A stretch of 40,584 bases of DNA from Phoronis australis (taxonomy: Eukaryota; Animalia; Phoronida), in contig NMRA01000888.1 of NCBI GenBank assembly GCA_002633005.1, positions 1-40,584 on the forward strand, written 5' to 3'. The notes below the pieces were generated by a model. That model saw only the letters and a list, made by a program, of their open reading frames with translations. It was not told the origin of the DNA and ran no database searches. Below, one piece after another: positions 1 through 11,524 of this stretch. Position 1 is the first letter of the stretch, and each line of letters starts with the position of its first letter. The position numbers and the translations under genes are program-made.

Positions 1-464
1 AATTCTCTGAACAAAGTCGCTGGTTCCAAAACAATTCTGTGAATCAATCTGCTGGACTCCAGCAATGAACCCAAGAAATTACCAATTATGGTGCAGGACA
101 ATCAAGAGTTGAGTAATTCTGATGGACAATTATCAGATTATTGTTGTTGTCGGAAACGCCTCATCCCAAAGCTGACAGGTTTTCAAAGACTTTAAGTTAC
201 ACAACTTGCAAAACAAGGCACAAGTGTTATTATAAACATCCCACAACTGGTAACAGACGTGGTGAATCACTTCCCATGAACTCCTAGGAGGTTACAAATT
301 TTGGTAAACAACCAATATATTTAATTAATTATACACTAGTCACTAAAATTGCATAACATTGCTTTTAATTATCTACAGCATTAAAAAAGGTCACCAACAC
401 GGGGTGTTGGGCTTTAACGCATAAGGCCTCTCTAACTTTTCTTGAGCACCAATTGTGCTGACAT

Positions 465-1671
465 CCCAGGGCGAAAACTCGCCGACTGCCTGCCTCGCAA
501 TCGTCGATATGGCAACTTGAGTGCTTGAATAAAACTAGTTTCGACTCAAGCAAATTACCTGAAATCTTCTTTAAGTTTTCCAAATAGCGTCCCTAAGATT
601 TTTAAGCTCCTGTGGAGTAGGGATTAATGGCAGCTTAAGTCCAAATCTGCTAAATCGTGCCATCTGTGATCATCAGCCTACCCGGCAATATGAGAAAAAT
701 CTCTGGACGAACACGCATATTGTTGTCACATGACGTTTGTTTTGAAGTTCGTCTGCATGTGTGAATAAGCAAGTGCATGCATGTCACTAGAGTTCATTTG
801 CCACTTACTGGAAGGCAATATAACGAGCTGGATATGCATTGTATCTAACGAAATTAGCACAAGCAGTAAGCAGAACGTGTTTCACTCAGCACTTGCCGAT
901 CTGACCTGGTAAAAAACGTTCGACAATCGTCTTGGTAAGGGCCATATTAGTCACCGTGTGTCTGAATGCTCATGGGACTGTCTAACAATTATTTTTTTGG
1001 TTGAAGGGTGTGTAAGCATTCACTGTCAGTGGCCATTTTATTGGATATTTGGCTTTAAAAACATCAGTTATGATTAATCAAACAATCCCTCTTCAAAATA
1101 ACGCAATAAATTTTTATGGTGTTAGAAACTGTCGGAAATTAGTGGCAATATTTATTTCTTGCCAATGTCATGAATGGATAGTTCCCAGCTGATGTCTTTG
1201 ATGATAGGTACATGTAGCGCGTGCTTCCAGGCCACATGCTTTTCGCAGTGGTAAAGTTTTTTATTAATCTTCGATTTGCGGTTTTCACGTGTACAAAGAA
1301 ATTTGGATCCATGTGGAGGGCAGGAAACGGGCAATACAATCCTATTGACAAGTACGTTGCATCTGTTCTGAAAGGCCAGACCATAGTGGGACACGTTCCT
1401 CACAAGATCAGCCAAACTTTTGCGTTCTTTTTGAGGCACAGCGGAAGTTTGAAGTGTATATAGTCAGGGCTAAACACCGACATAGCAGCGAGACTTGTGG
1501 TGTACAAACTCGGCGCATAATGATTATTGATAAATTGAAGACATTACTGTAGAATTTTAGGACTGTAGGTAAGGCATTTTTTGCACGTACACGTTCATGG
1601 GCTGGGCGCTTATTTTAGCAAAGACTGAAAACGCGAGGGGGGTGCTTATAGCGGCATGGGCGAATACAGTA
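465..1671. mobile_element. Degenerate TA-ended DNA transposon (Tc2/pogo-like terminus), copy 1, with HIRAN-like coding relic
   Basis: Reverse-complement similarity to 3431-4505 over about 1 kb. Terminus ...GGGCGAATACAG+TA. The left end appears truncated. Confidence 0.75.
1271..1520 (+). pseudogene. Frameshifted HIRAN-like domain relic
   Basis: Pieces SICGFHVYKEIW and NPIDKYVASVLKGQTIVGHVPHKIS..F..FLRHSGSLKCI. Copy 2 adds KCIVTAKYRHSGEVRGLQIP on the minus strand. Confidence 0.65.
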
Positions 1672-1860
1672 TGTGACAACTCTAGGAAGATAATCTTAGT
1701 TGAATTTTTATCAGTCTCATTTTGTGAATATTGAAGTAAAATGGTTGTTGAACGCTACAAGGTTGCAATAACTTTAGTGATTGTTTTGTCATTTGCTATA
1801 CTTTTCTGATCATGCATTACTATTCTTATGTACTAATGTTACAATTGGTTGCAGGTGTAA

Positions 1861-2104
1861 ATGGATCCAACAGTAAAAGAGAACTATGCTGCATGGACAG
1901 CGTCCCGTGCTGGAGTGCTACTCGATTACAACCCCACACCTGTTCAGAGGTCTCCTCTTGTTGAGCAGAATGGCAGTCCAGATAGAAATGATGGCTCTGG
2001 AGGCCTGATGAGCTTGAATGTATCCTCATCACAGTTTTTGAATGCCATCAACTTTGAAGATTTGAAGAAGAATAGACCAGGTGATAATGAGAACAGTTTT
2101 GCAG
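1861..2104 (+). CDS. CENPJ: CENPJ coding exon 1 (acceptor AG 1853-1854, ATG 1861)
   Basis: MDPTVKENYAAWTASRAGVLL resembles the CPAP N-terminal W..PSRAGVIL. Donor GCAG|GTGAAT, phase 1. The acceptor implies an upstream non-coding exon, not located. Confidence 0.85.
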
Positions 2105-2321
2105 GTGAATGAACTACCCTTTGTTCTTTGTCTAAATTCAGCAAACTAATGACAATCTTTAAAGGAGAATGCCACGCGATTTAATTAGTCTTTTTTCCAT
2201 ATTAATTGGTCCATATCCACAATGCCTCTTATACAGTCGACCTCACCTTGCCGAGAGATGTCACATTAACCTGTGAGGAAGGTGAGAATGCAGCGACGTC
2301 AGTGGTTCATATGCAGAGTGA

Positions 2322-2510
2322 ATGCCGCAATATTGCGGTGCATTGTTCCCGCTTGTCTGAACTATGAAGCTCCAAAGAAAGTGGGTATACCGTATCATTT
2401 TTTCGACTTCTTCCAGAGCCCGGAATGCTTAGGAAGTGGCTCGCAGTAGTAAAGAATGAAAGGTACACTCTAGTATTTCTTGATCAGTGTATTGCTGTTC
2501 GAACTGATAG
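2322..2510 (+). pseudogene. THAP zinc-finger remnant
   Basis: Frameshifted pieces RCIVPACLNY..KKVGIPYHF, LPEPGMLRKWLAVVK and VYCCSN follow the THAP C-x-C..F.P..W..CS.HF order. Confidence 0.6.
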
Positions 2511-3430
2511 CCTGTGAAACCTAACGATCCGACCTGTGAAGTCTTCGTCGGATGAGCTCTCGACTAAGTCGGGATTGGCGCCGGGCGAGTTGCCATGTAG
2601 ACATTTATTATTCTGGGTTCTGTTTCAAAATGAATTATTCTCACCCTAACCAATGTTTATATAAAACTGAAACAAAATCTGTCTCATTAGATACAATTTG
2701 TAGTGTCTTTGGAGTATTCATGAGTGCAAATGTTTTGAGAAGTCAGCAATGAATGAACCACTGCGTTACTGGATTTAGATGTAATGAAAGTAATTGACTG
2801 GACACCGAGACTGTGTGAGTGTATGCTAATTCAGTGTTTGCTGACAGAAAACTGTTGTGAAACAATAACTCGATTTCATATGCTATGGTCACATGTTAGG
2901 GGAATCTTCATTTAGATGTAGAAATACGTTATTCAAATCATTGTTACTGTACAACCTTTGCCCTGACGTTTCTGGAAGGGGAACCTGACTTCGCGGCCCC
3001 CGACAAGTAAGTATATTTTCAGTTTCGTGGCTAATTCACCTAAATAATTACGTGCACATTATTTCTTTGGTTCACTATTATAGTCTTTTCGTGACTGTAG
3101 TTTTAGTTTCCAACTTAAGCTGGTTTATGTTCGTGATGTCCAGTGATGGCCGCGAAGGGCCTGATTGGGTTCTGATCCACTGTCGGGGAGTAACAAGGGT
3201 TTTGTGTGTTTAGAACTGAAAAAATCTCAAGTCTAAAAGTACAACACACAGCTATGTTCCCCTGTCTGTTTTTCACGGAAGAATGATTCAAATTTATCAC
3301 CCAACAGACCCAAACTCCCGCGATCGACCATGGTAAATTGGCCTATCGAACTCTGTAGGCTACGGTATGTTGAAATACCTATAAATCCGTAACAGTGAAA
3401 TAAAACAACACGTTTGTTCCAAGAACTCAG

Positions 3431-4745
3431 TGTACCAAGTAACCATGCCCCTATAAGAGCCCCCCACGCGTTTTCAGACTTTGGTAAAATAAGCGCCCAG
3501 TCCATGAACGCCATGTACACGCGAAAAATGCCTTACCTACAGTTCTAAAATTCTACAGTAATGCCTTCAATTTATCAATAAGATCCGACACTCCTGAAAA
3601 ATCATTGTACGCGGAATTTGTAGACCACGAACCTCGCCGCTATGTCGGTATTTAGCCGTGACTATACACTTTAAACTTCTGCCGTGCTTCATAAAGAATG
3701 CAAGCGCAAATCCGAAGCCTAATAAAAATTTGACCTTTGTTCAGTTAAAAGCACGTGACCAGGAAGCGCGCGCTACATTCAAGTAGCTGTCATCAAAGAT
3801 TAGTCTTCAGGAACTATCTGTTAATGAAACGGGCAGCATAGCATCGGCAAGAAATAAATACTGGCACATATTTCCGAACACCGTAAAAAACGTTTGCGTT
3901 ATTTTTAAGGGGAATTATTAAATTAGTCGTAATTGGTGTTTTTAAAGTCAAAATGACCCACTATAGTGAACACTTCCGCACACTTACACCTCCCAAATCT
4001 CCCGAAAAATAACTTATAGACTGTCGCGCATCCGGTCACCCAGCGACTCAATGACATCGGCCTTACCGAGACAATTCTCGAACGTTTTTTAGCAGATGAG
4101 ATCAACAAGTGTTAAATAAAACATGTTCTGCTTTACTGATTGCTTTCATTTCCTTAGATACAATGAACACGTAGCGTTTACTCTCACTGGCAAATGAAGT
4201 CTGATGACACGCAAGCGCTCGCTCACTCACACAATATGCAGATGAACTTCAAAACAAACATCACTTGACAACATGTGTTCGTCCAGAGATTTTTCTCCTG
4301 TTGCAGAGTACGATATAGCGTAGATTTGGACTTAATATGTTGTTAATCCTGACTCCACAGGAACTTAAACATCTTAGAAGACGCTATTTTGAAAACTTAA
4401 GGTAATGTGTTGAATCGAAACTATATTTTTACTCGAGCATTCAAGTTAACCTATCGTCGATTGCGAGGCAGCAACGCATCAGTTGGCGAGTTTTCGCACT
4501 GGTATTTTCTGAAAAATGCTCATAATTTAACAACAAAGTTTGATAGCAATGCACTGCAATTTTGTAGAAACTCTGTCATAGGTTACAGATGAGTCACAGA
4601 GCGTAAATTTGATGAATTCTAGCTTACGATTTCACCTATTTCGGAGACTGGGTTTCGACCACTTTTGGGCTATAATAAGTGCCCACCCCCTTCCTGAAGC
4701 GAATTTTTCTAAGCACCCTGGGCGCTTATTAGGGCGAGTATAGTA
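3431..4745. mobile_element. Copy 2 (inverted) of the HIRAN-carrying element, nested in the Kolobok-like element
   Basis: Reverse complement of 465-1671. Ends CCATGCCCCTATAAGAGCCC and GGGCGCTTATTAGGGCGAGTATAGTA form imperfect TIRs. Confidence 0.75.
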
Positions 4746-5241
4746 TTTGTAAGGGGTTTACATCGAATTTTGATGATTTATTGGTGTAAAACGATGAATT
4801 CAAGCAATAAATTGATATCAGTAAGCGTGTTGTGAACGGCTGAACAGACTGCGTTCGAACTGATTAGGTCATTGGTTAATTTCAACACCTCCGTGTGCCG
4901 TTAGGTGTCAGGTAAAACAACTGAACTGGCTGTTATCGAGTGGAACTACTTGATCTAAATTGATACAAAATAGGTTGTTTTGTGAGTGGCATTCTCCTTT
5001 AAGATATTCAGTCGGAAATCACTTACTGGTACGCATTATGAGTGGTGAGTCGGACATTTTCGTCCTCTCTCTTAGGCTTTGCTCACTGACTCACAAGACT
5101 CTCAATGCTTTTCAGTAAGTGATTCACCTATTGAACATCATATCGGAAAGCAATGAAAAGCCTATTCCATCGAAGCTTTAACATCACATTGTGTACCCCA
5201 AATTACTCCATGATTTTAAGATTTTTGTTTTATTTACAAAG

Positions 5242-5466
5242 AGTCTACGGGTGATCTGTCGCAGCATGAAATCTCAGCAAATGACCACTCCGAGTTACTG
5301 CAGCGGTTCAACCAGCTGCGTCAATGGCAGCTACAGCAGCAACAAAGTCTGATGCGGCAGCAGCAGTTGCAGCTACAGCAACTGCAAGGGGAACAGCAGC
5401 GCGTGCAGGCCATGCTGGCGAAACAGAAACGCCAGATGCAGTGGGGCTCGCCAAAGGCCAGTGCAG
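5242..5466 (+). CDS. CENPJ: CENPJ exon 2 (Gln-rich coiled coil)
   Basis: ACAAAG|AGTC ... GCAG|GTACAC, phase 1-1. Reads ELLQRFNQLRQWQLQQQQSLMRQQQLQLQQLQGEQ, a frame not shown in the ORF track. Confidence 0.88.
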
Positions 5467-6109
5467 GTACACTGTTTTGAAAGTTGGACGATATCCGGTT
5501 GACTGGATTGTATAATAACCTGTTCACAGTGTATATTGAATGTGCTCTTGTTAAGGCTAAGTTTTCTCTATCAAGTTCCTTCCCTAATGGAGGACAGCTT
5601 CAATGCATTCTGCCAGAAAAAGCTGGTTTTCTACTAGAGGTCAGGGGGACACATCTCACCAATGTTTCTGGTAATAGATATGCTCTGCTGCACCTTTGTT
5701 AATAATGGTACTACGTCTGTTGAAAACATATGCTGCTAGTCTTACTTCCAAGCTTCTGTGAGTTCAAGCTTTTGTTGTGTTGGGGTTCTTCCCTGCTGTG
5801 TGGGTATGGCTTTTATGTTGTGTGATTATTGGCAGTTTCGGTAAACTGTTTTAGTGGTGTCTTATAAACTGGCAACAACCAGAAAATTTAACCCTCCAGT
5901 AAACATTTGTGTTCAATTCCAAATTTACCTTCCCGGACATAAATTACTGGTATTTTGATTAAGTCTTTATTACCAGGTTAACATGGCATTCCAACTACAC
6001 CAATCTGAGAGATAAAAGCTGTCAGTTAACTTGTGTGTACAAACATTTTGTAGTACACGCGATGTGTACGCCAAACTGATGGTTTCCTTCTTTATTTTTG
6101 TCTTCACAG

Positions 6110-6807
6110 GAGTAGTGCCTGAATGGTCGAGTCCACGCAAAGTGTCGCCCCCAAAGAAGTCGCCACAAAAAGTGGAAAGTACACTTCCTCGTGCAATAGC
6201 CAGGGGTACTCTAGCCCAAGCTCGGTCCAACAGGATGCTAAGTAGACCCCTCACGAAGCCTTCTCCTGTGCAGCAGGAACTCAGAGACATTTTGTCAGAC
6301 ACAGAGTCAGAGATACACAGCTTAGAGTTGGAGGAGGGTATCCAGCCTTTACCAGACACAGCCTCAGAAATGAGTGACTACATTAGTGGAGGACTGGGTG
6401 GCTGGGCTGTTAGTGCTTCAGACTTGAAAACTGTTTTTTTACAGGGTGATACCATAGTTAATAGCCATCATGATGGAAAATTGGTCAGTGGTGGTGTGAA
6501 TTTAATTAGTAAAATGCAGAGTCCCAATGAAAATGTTGAATATGGTGCTTCAAAAGACTACAAAAGCGACTTCCAAGATAAAAATGAGAAAATTACTCAG
6601 TTAATCGAAAATAATAAGACGAGCAGTAATGTGAAAAAGTTGGATAGAGCGGAAACCAGTGCAAAGGATGAAATGTCTACTATTACTGGTAAACCCAAGT
6701 CAATTGAGGGAGATACTACCACTCCATTGGATGAAAGACCTGTTGGTGGGACAACAAAAACATTTGAAGAATTATTAGAAATTCAGCTTCAGAAAGAAGA
6801 ACAAGAG
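6110..6807 (+). CDS. CENPJ: CENPJ exon 3 (start of PN2-3 tubulin-binding region)
   Basis: TTCACAG|GAG ... GAG|GTAAAA. Ends in LDERPVGGTTKTFEELLEIQLQKEEQE. Confidence 0.92.
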
Positions 6808-7259
6808 GTAAAAATTAAAAGAGTGTTGAGCTTTAACGAATTTTACTTATTAATTCTTAGAAACAGGCGTTTGACTTGAGGATGTCCATAGCATCTAAAT
6901 GGACACCCTGACTCAAATTTAGGCACCCTAGCTAGGACACCTTGTTCAGCATTTGGACGCCCAAGTAAGTAAGCAAGTAAGCAAGGGTGCTTCTTTTAAT
7001 TTGCACGAAGCAGTTCTCGAAGTTCAGTGTCCTGTCCAGAACAAAAAAGAAGCAGTTCTCGGAACCCTGTGTCCTGTCTAGAACAAAAAAGTTGTTTTAG
7101 GAATGAAATAAAATTTGAAAAACTATTTCAAAGCCATGTCTCCACAGTAGAATTCTACACTAACAGCAATGTGAGGTCATAAAAACACTATCATGTGTTA
7201 TTGTTCATGGACATGAAGCCTTGAGAAATTGAGTAGCCCGTTTTGGACGCCCAGTAGCT

Positions 7260-8072
7260 CAGGGACCCGTTCTAAGAAAACTGACTTGGCTAAGACAAAT
7301 CTTGAATTTCAGTCAATTTTAAGATAAAACTTCAGTTTGCCTTAAGTCCGTTCAAAGAAAGTGATCTTAAGTTTGACGTAAATTCTTTATTTTAGTTGTG
7401 TCTTAAGCTGGACTAACTTACTGGGTGTAGAAGTTTCAAAGTTTGAAAGCTGGGACAAATCTTAGACTTAAAACACTAGACGCTTAGCTTAACGCTAAGC
7501 TGCATTTTGGCAACCTGGCAAAAATTCCAGGTTGCCAAACGAAATCTGAATATCCGAGGTTGCCAAATGAAATGTGAGGTTGCGGACTGGCATAGAAATC
7601 ATCAACTAAAAAAGGTAGTACAGTGGTACAATGCCCCATTCTCAGAATCGAACCGGTACCTCTCCAATTTCTCCCTGTAAATCATTCTCTAACTCAGTTC
7701 CTCCCACCAACTAATCAATATAGAACACAGAATATTGCATACACTGGTGGTGCATATTTCACCAATCTTACCCAGTTTTTGTCAAACAATTTAGACTGCC
7801 GTCCGTTTACTTCCTGTTTTAGTTTAAGCATGTGTTTGATTTGTGCTTGCTGCTCTGGTGGTTAATGCTCTGATTTCACAAAATAAACAGAATTATTGTG
7901 AATCAAAGGCAATGAATCTAGGAAAACTGTTAGTAATTTAAAGTTTGGAAGCCAACAAAAACTTTAAAATGAATTTAGAGGGACTTACTGTCTGACTTTG
8001 ATACTCGGGTTGGCGAACTGCAGTTTGTCAAATTGAGCCTGACTTCAGTCAGTTTCTTTATTCGGGCCCCTG
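7260..8072. mobile_element. Non-autonomous TIR element (Harbinger-like)
   Basis: CAGGGACCCG..AAGAAAACTGACT and AGTCAGTTTCTT..CGGGCCCCTG are imperfect TIRs bounded by CWG. Confidence 0.55.
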
Positions 8073-8204
8073 GGTTATTTCAGAAAATAAATGCCAATTT
8101 AGTTTGATTTTGTAGCATCTGTGTTTGCTAAGTGAGCACAAAACTCAAAGCGCAAAAAATGGAATTTAAGAAAAATTTTCTGTGTCAGGAGCCAAAGTTT
8201 TTAC

Positions 8205-8697
8205 TATAAAATAGTAATACTAAAACAACAAGCATTGGTACTAAAATATATTAAAATATTCCCCACGTTTGGAGCGATGCACTCTTTGTCAGGGGCATGA
8301 TACACATGTGCGCACCTAGCCTTCAATATGGGGGGGCTCGAATTCCTAATGTTGTGTACCTTTTTGGTAACAAAATAGCCGGTGGACTAAAAAAATGGGC
8401 GCACCTCTGTGATTTGTGCGTTTTGTGCTTGTTTAGTGGACTTTTGTCTCATTTTTCTCGGACTTTTTGTTTCTAGCAGGCGGACCTTTTTGCCCACTTC
8501 GCCAAATGGGGGGGGGGGCTCATTCGAGCCCCTGAGCCCCCCCTGGGTGTGCGTGATACAGACTGTTGAATACATCCAACTACATGCATTCAGCAGTCTG
8601 TATCATACCCTTGACAAAGAGCACATCGCTCGAAACGTGGGAATATTTTAATGTATTTTAGTACTGACGCTCATCATTTTAGTTTTACTATTTTATA
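8205..8697. repeat. Foldback palindrome interrupted by a MITE
   Basis: The left arm (8205-8304 plus about 8554-8575) is reverse-complementary to about 8584-8697. A short relative lies at about 15234-15305. Confidence 0.8.
8305..8553. mobile_element. MITE family A (CATGTGCGCACCC termini, hAT-like)
   Basis: Inverted homologue at 38735-38968 and a degenerate one at about 15354-15556. Flanks ATGATACA and (G)TGATACA resemble an 8-bp TSD. Confidence 0.75.
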
Positions 8698-9014
8698 TTT
8701 TTATCCATCGGTAACTTCACAGCATTCCAGCATCTATTTGATTTCAAAGCATTTACTGACAGGGAGACAATCAGAACTCCAGTTGGATCCCTGGACTGGA
8801 AATTATGTCCTTATATTTGAAACCTTTAATTTTTGCTCTATCATTCATTTCTAGAACACACTCCTGTGTGTTAAATGGATATTTTTTCTTTGTGAAGGCA
8901 TTTGCATTCTCATAGGACAAAATCCATTCTTTATCAGATGTTTTAATCCAAAATTACTGAAAATGTGTGCAGTGCTTCACAGTTCAGGAGACATTTTTGT
9001 GCATTTTAATTTAG

Positions 9015-9158
9015 GCCAACAAAAATGACGGTGCCAAAACTGCCAAGAGATCTTTCCTTCGTAAAGGCCAAGGCATTGCAAGGTTTGGTCTGTCTGACAC
9101 TCCACCTAGGAAGCCTCAAGTGCATAAATCCAAAACACCCAAGCAACCATCTCCCAAA
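9015..9158 (+). CDS. CENPJ: CENPJ exon 4 (PN2-3 core)
   Basis: TTTAG|GCC ... AAA|GTGAGT. KRSFLRKGQGIARFG matches the CPAP K.PFLKRGEGLARF motif. Confidence 0.92.
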
Positions 9159-9596
9159 GTGAGTATGAGCATCGTATGTTTCTGAAGGAGGTCTGTTTGC
9201 TACTCTTGCTACTGCCGCCACTACTAGACTTACTTAATCAGGCTTGTAATGCATGCCTTACAGTACTGAAGTTGTACTTTCCAAGTGTTTGTTTAGATTT
9301 GGCCAGCGCTCAAATCAATACACAACCAATTTTTTTCATTATATTGCTTTAAGTCTTTTTCACGAAAGTTTTGTAATGTATTGTGTAATTGTGTATATGG
9401 ACGGAGGCCTTTTGTATAACAATGAAATAAACATCTATCATAGAAAAGCACGCTAGTTTCAAACACGTTTTGATGTTGAAATGCTGAAAGTGGTGTGTGG
9501 TTCCATGTTTTAACTACTTGATTAGAAGCCATTTTGATATGGGATGATGATCTTATAGAATAATAAGTTTAACATGATTCCTCCAATGGTTTTTAG

Positions 9597-9761
9597 CCAG
9601 TCTCTCGGAAGATTGCCAGCAAGACCCCTCCCAAACATCCGCTGTCATTAAAACTGTCGCCAATGAAGACATCAGCTCTCAGCCAGACTAAGCTGGATAG
9701 TGGCCACCTGTCCGATTCATCGTTCCATGCTGGTATACAGGAGAGAGAACACAAGGAACAG
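9597..9761 (+). CDS. CENPJ: CENPJ exon 5
   Basis: TTTTAG|CCA ... CAG|GTGAGA. 165 nt open, phase 0-0. Confidence 0.85.
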
Positions 9762-10116
9762 GTGAGATACTGCATCAATAGTGAGGCTTAAAAACATGAG
9801 AATATTTTTGTTTGATAGGTATTCCAAAGATAATTAAATATATCTCAGCCATATATAAGTACCTTTGTTCTTTTATTTTTGACTGACTTTGGAAACCTAT
9901 AACAGTTATAACTGGGACAACGCCATAAGGACATGGTGCTTTAATCCCTCAATTGAGGCCCATCTATGTTACAACTGTGATACAAATGACCATCAAAATA
10001 TAGTCAGGGGACGATGTGGTTTTATCTGTAGACTAAAAACTCTTTGTGGCAGTGTACTTTTACCTCTAGAATTTGTGGATTAGACTAGCTATTAAATTTG
10101 TTTCTGTTCGATGCAG

Positions 10117-10224
10117 TTCGAACGAGAAGAGCTGGAAGAGTTTGAGCTGCTGGAGAAGTACGCTGACGCGTCCTTCATGAGTAACCCATCACCACTTGTG
10201 AAGGCCAACTGGAGAGCTCATATG
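10117..10224 (+). CDS. CENPJ: CENPJ exon 6
   Basis: TGCAG|TTC ... ATG|GTGAGT. ELEEFELLEKYADASFMSN resembles CPAP EL.EF..LE..AD..SFSSN. Confidence 0.9.
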
Positions 10225-10578
10225 GTGAGTTGTTGTTAGACGTGTCAATCTAGATAGTTCTTATGAGGAGTTGAGCATTAAACGCATCACAGAAGAGAAG
10301 TCGTATATTGTTGAGCCTTGGATACGTCTTGGTGGAGAGCTCATATGGTGAGATGATTGTTTGATGCATCAAACTACGGAGCTCACATGGTGAGTTGAAC
10401 TTTGGTGGATTCCTGTTAAAGTGATTGTCCAATATTGATTCGTTCTTGCTTCAATCTGTTAATTATGCTCTCTGACATTGGTTTACTCTTATTGCAGTTC
10501 AATACGTTCTCAGACATTGGTTTAATCTTAATTTTATTTGTAGAACAATTCTCTGATATTTGTGCACTTCTATTTCAG

Positions 10579-10679
10579 GGTATCCCCAAGCAGAGTTCAA
10601 AGCCTGTTCCTCAAGGTGACCACAATATTAACCAGAATAATATCGACAACAGACAGGATCTTGATACCAGCAGTGTAGA
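10579..10679 (+). CDS. CENPJ: CENPJ exon 7
   Basis: TTTCAG|GGT ... AGA|GTAAGT. Phase 0-2 fits both neighbours. Confidence 0.8.
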
Positions 10680-10835
10680 GTAAGTCAATTTCAAAATTTT
10701 ATGATTTTAAAGTAGTCGTAATTAAAAGTACCGTAAATTCGCCTTATGTCAAAAAGTTTTGATTTAGTTGACTTATCATTTAAAACTGGTTCCAACATAT
10801 TCCTTACTCAGATTAGATGACCACCCGCAAATAAT

Positions 10836-11074
10836 CAGGGCTTGGAATTTTCCTCTTTTAAGAAGATTTCCTCTCTTTTTTTGTCTTGATTTCCTCTTAT
10901 TTTATTTCCAGTTTCCTCTCATAGTTATATTGACTTTATTCGTGCAAAAAAATTTATTTCAGTTAAATTTCACAACACAAAAATATAGTTCTATCACACA
11001 AGCCTATTTATTTGTGGAACAATACATCATCTGGAAATTTTTCCTCTTTTTTGTCACGCTTCGTTCCAAGCCGT
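10836..11074. mobile_element. MITE family B (CAGGGCTTGGAA termini)
   Basis: TIR CAGGGCTTGGAA / TTCCAAGCCGT, flanked by direct AAATAAT (10829-10835, 11075-11081). Homologue at 33747-34001. Confidence 0.75.
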
Positions 11075-11524
11075 AAATAATGCCGTTTGTGCTTAACTCT
11101 TGTTATTTTACATTATATTTTTTATAATAAACATTAAAAAGCTACTGCCTAGGTAGAAGTAGCAATTTGTTATTGCTGGAGTCCAGGCTCAACTAAAGTC
11201 AAGAGTCTCAAGTAGTAAATAACGAGCTGTCAGTTGTTCCCAAGCCCAGAAATCGTTTATAATCTGAGTAAGGAACAAAGTGAGACCAATTTTTTATAGC
11301 CTGTATGTGGATTTAATCAACAGTTAGTGTTTCGAGAGAAGGTGGGGGCTTATAGTAGTTTTAAGTGTAATTGTTATTATATATTTTTTAAAAATCTTGC
11401 CATGTCCTTAAAAGAAAGGCCTGTAAACAGAAAGTTCTTATTGGTTTTATTTATTAAATCTTTTTTGTTCACTATCTGCTTAATTTGGTTGTTGAGTCGT
11501 GTTTTTTTATTTTCCATCTCTTAG

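Larger units (their letters stand above)
2163..4998 (+). mobile_element. Kolobok-like DNA transposon relic with TTAA target duplication
   Basis: TTAA(2159-2162)-AGGAGAATGCCAC ... GTGGCATTCTCCT-TTAA(4999-5002). Perfect 13-bp TIR starting AG, with a THAP-like remnant inside. Confidence 0.8.

Noticed and set aside
1-300. Possible upstream exon or neighbouring gene
   Set aside because: All three plus frames have stops and no recognisable product was seen on either strand.
5321-5527. Ala-rich and Cys-rich ORFs
   Set aside because: These are wrong-frame and antisense readings of the CAG-rich exon 2.
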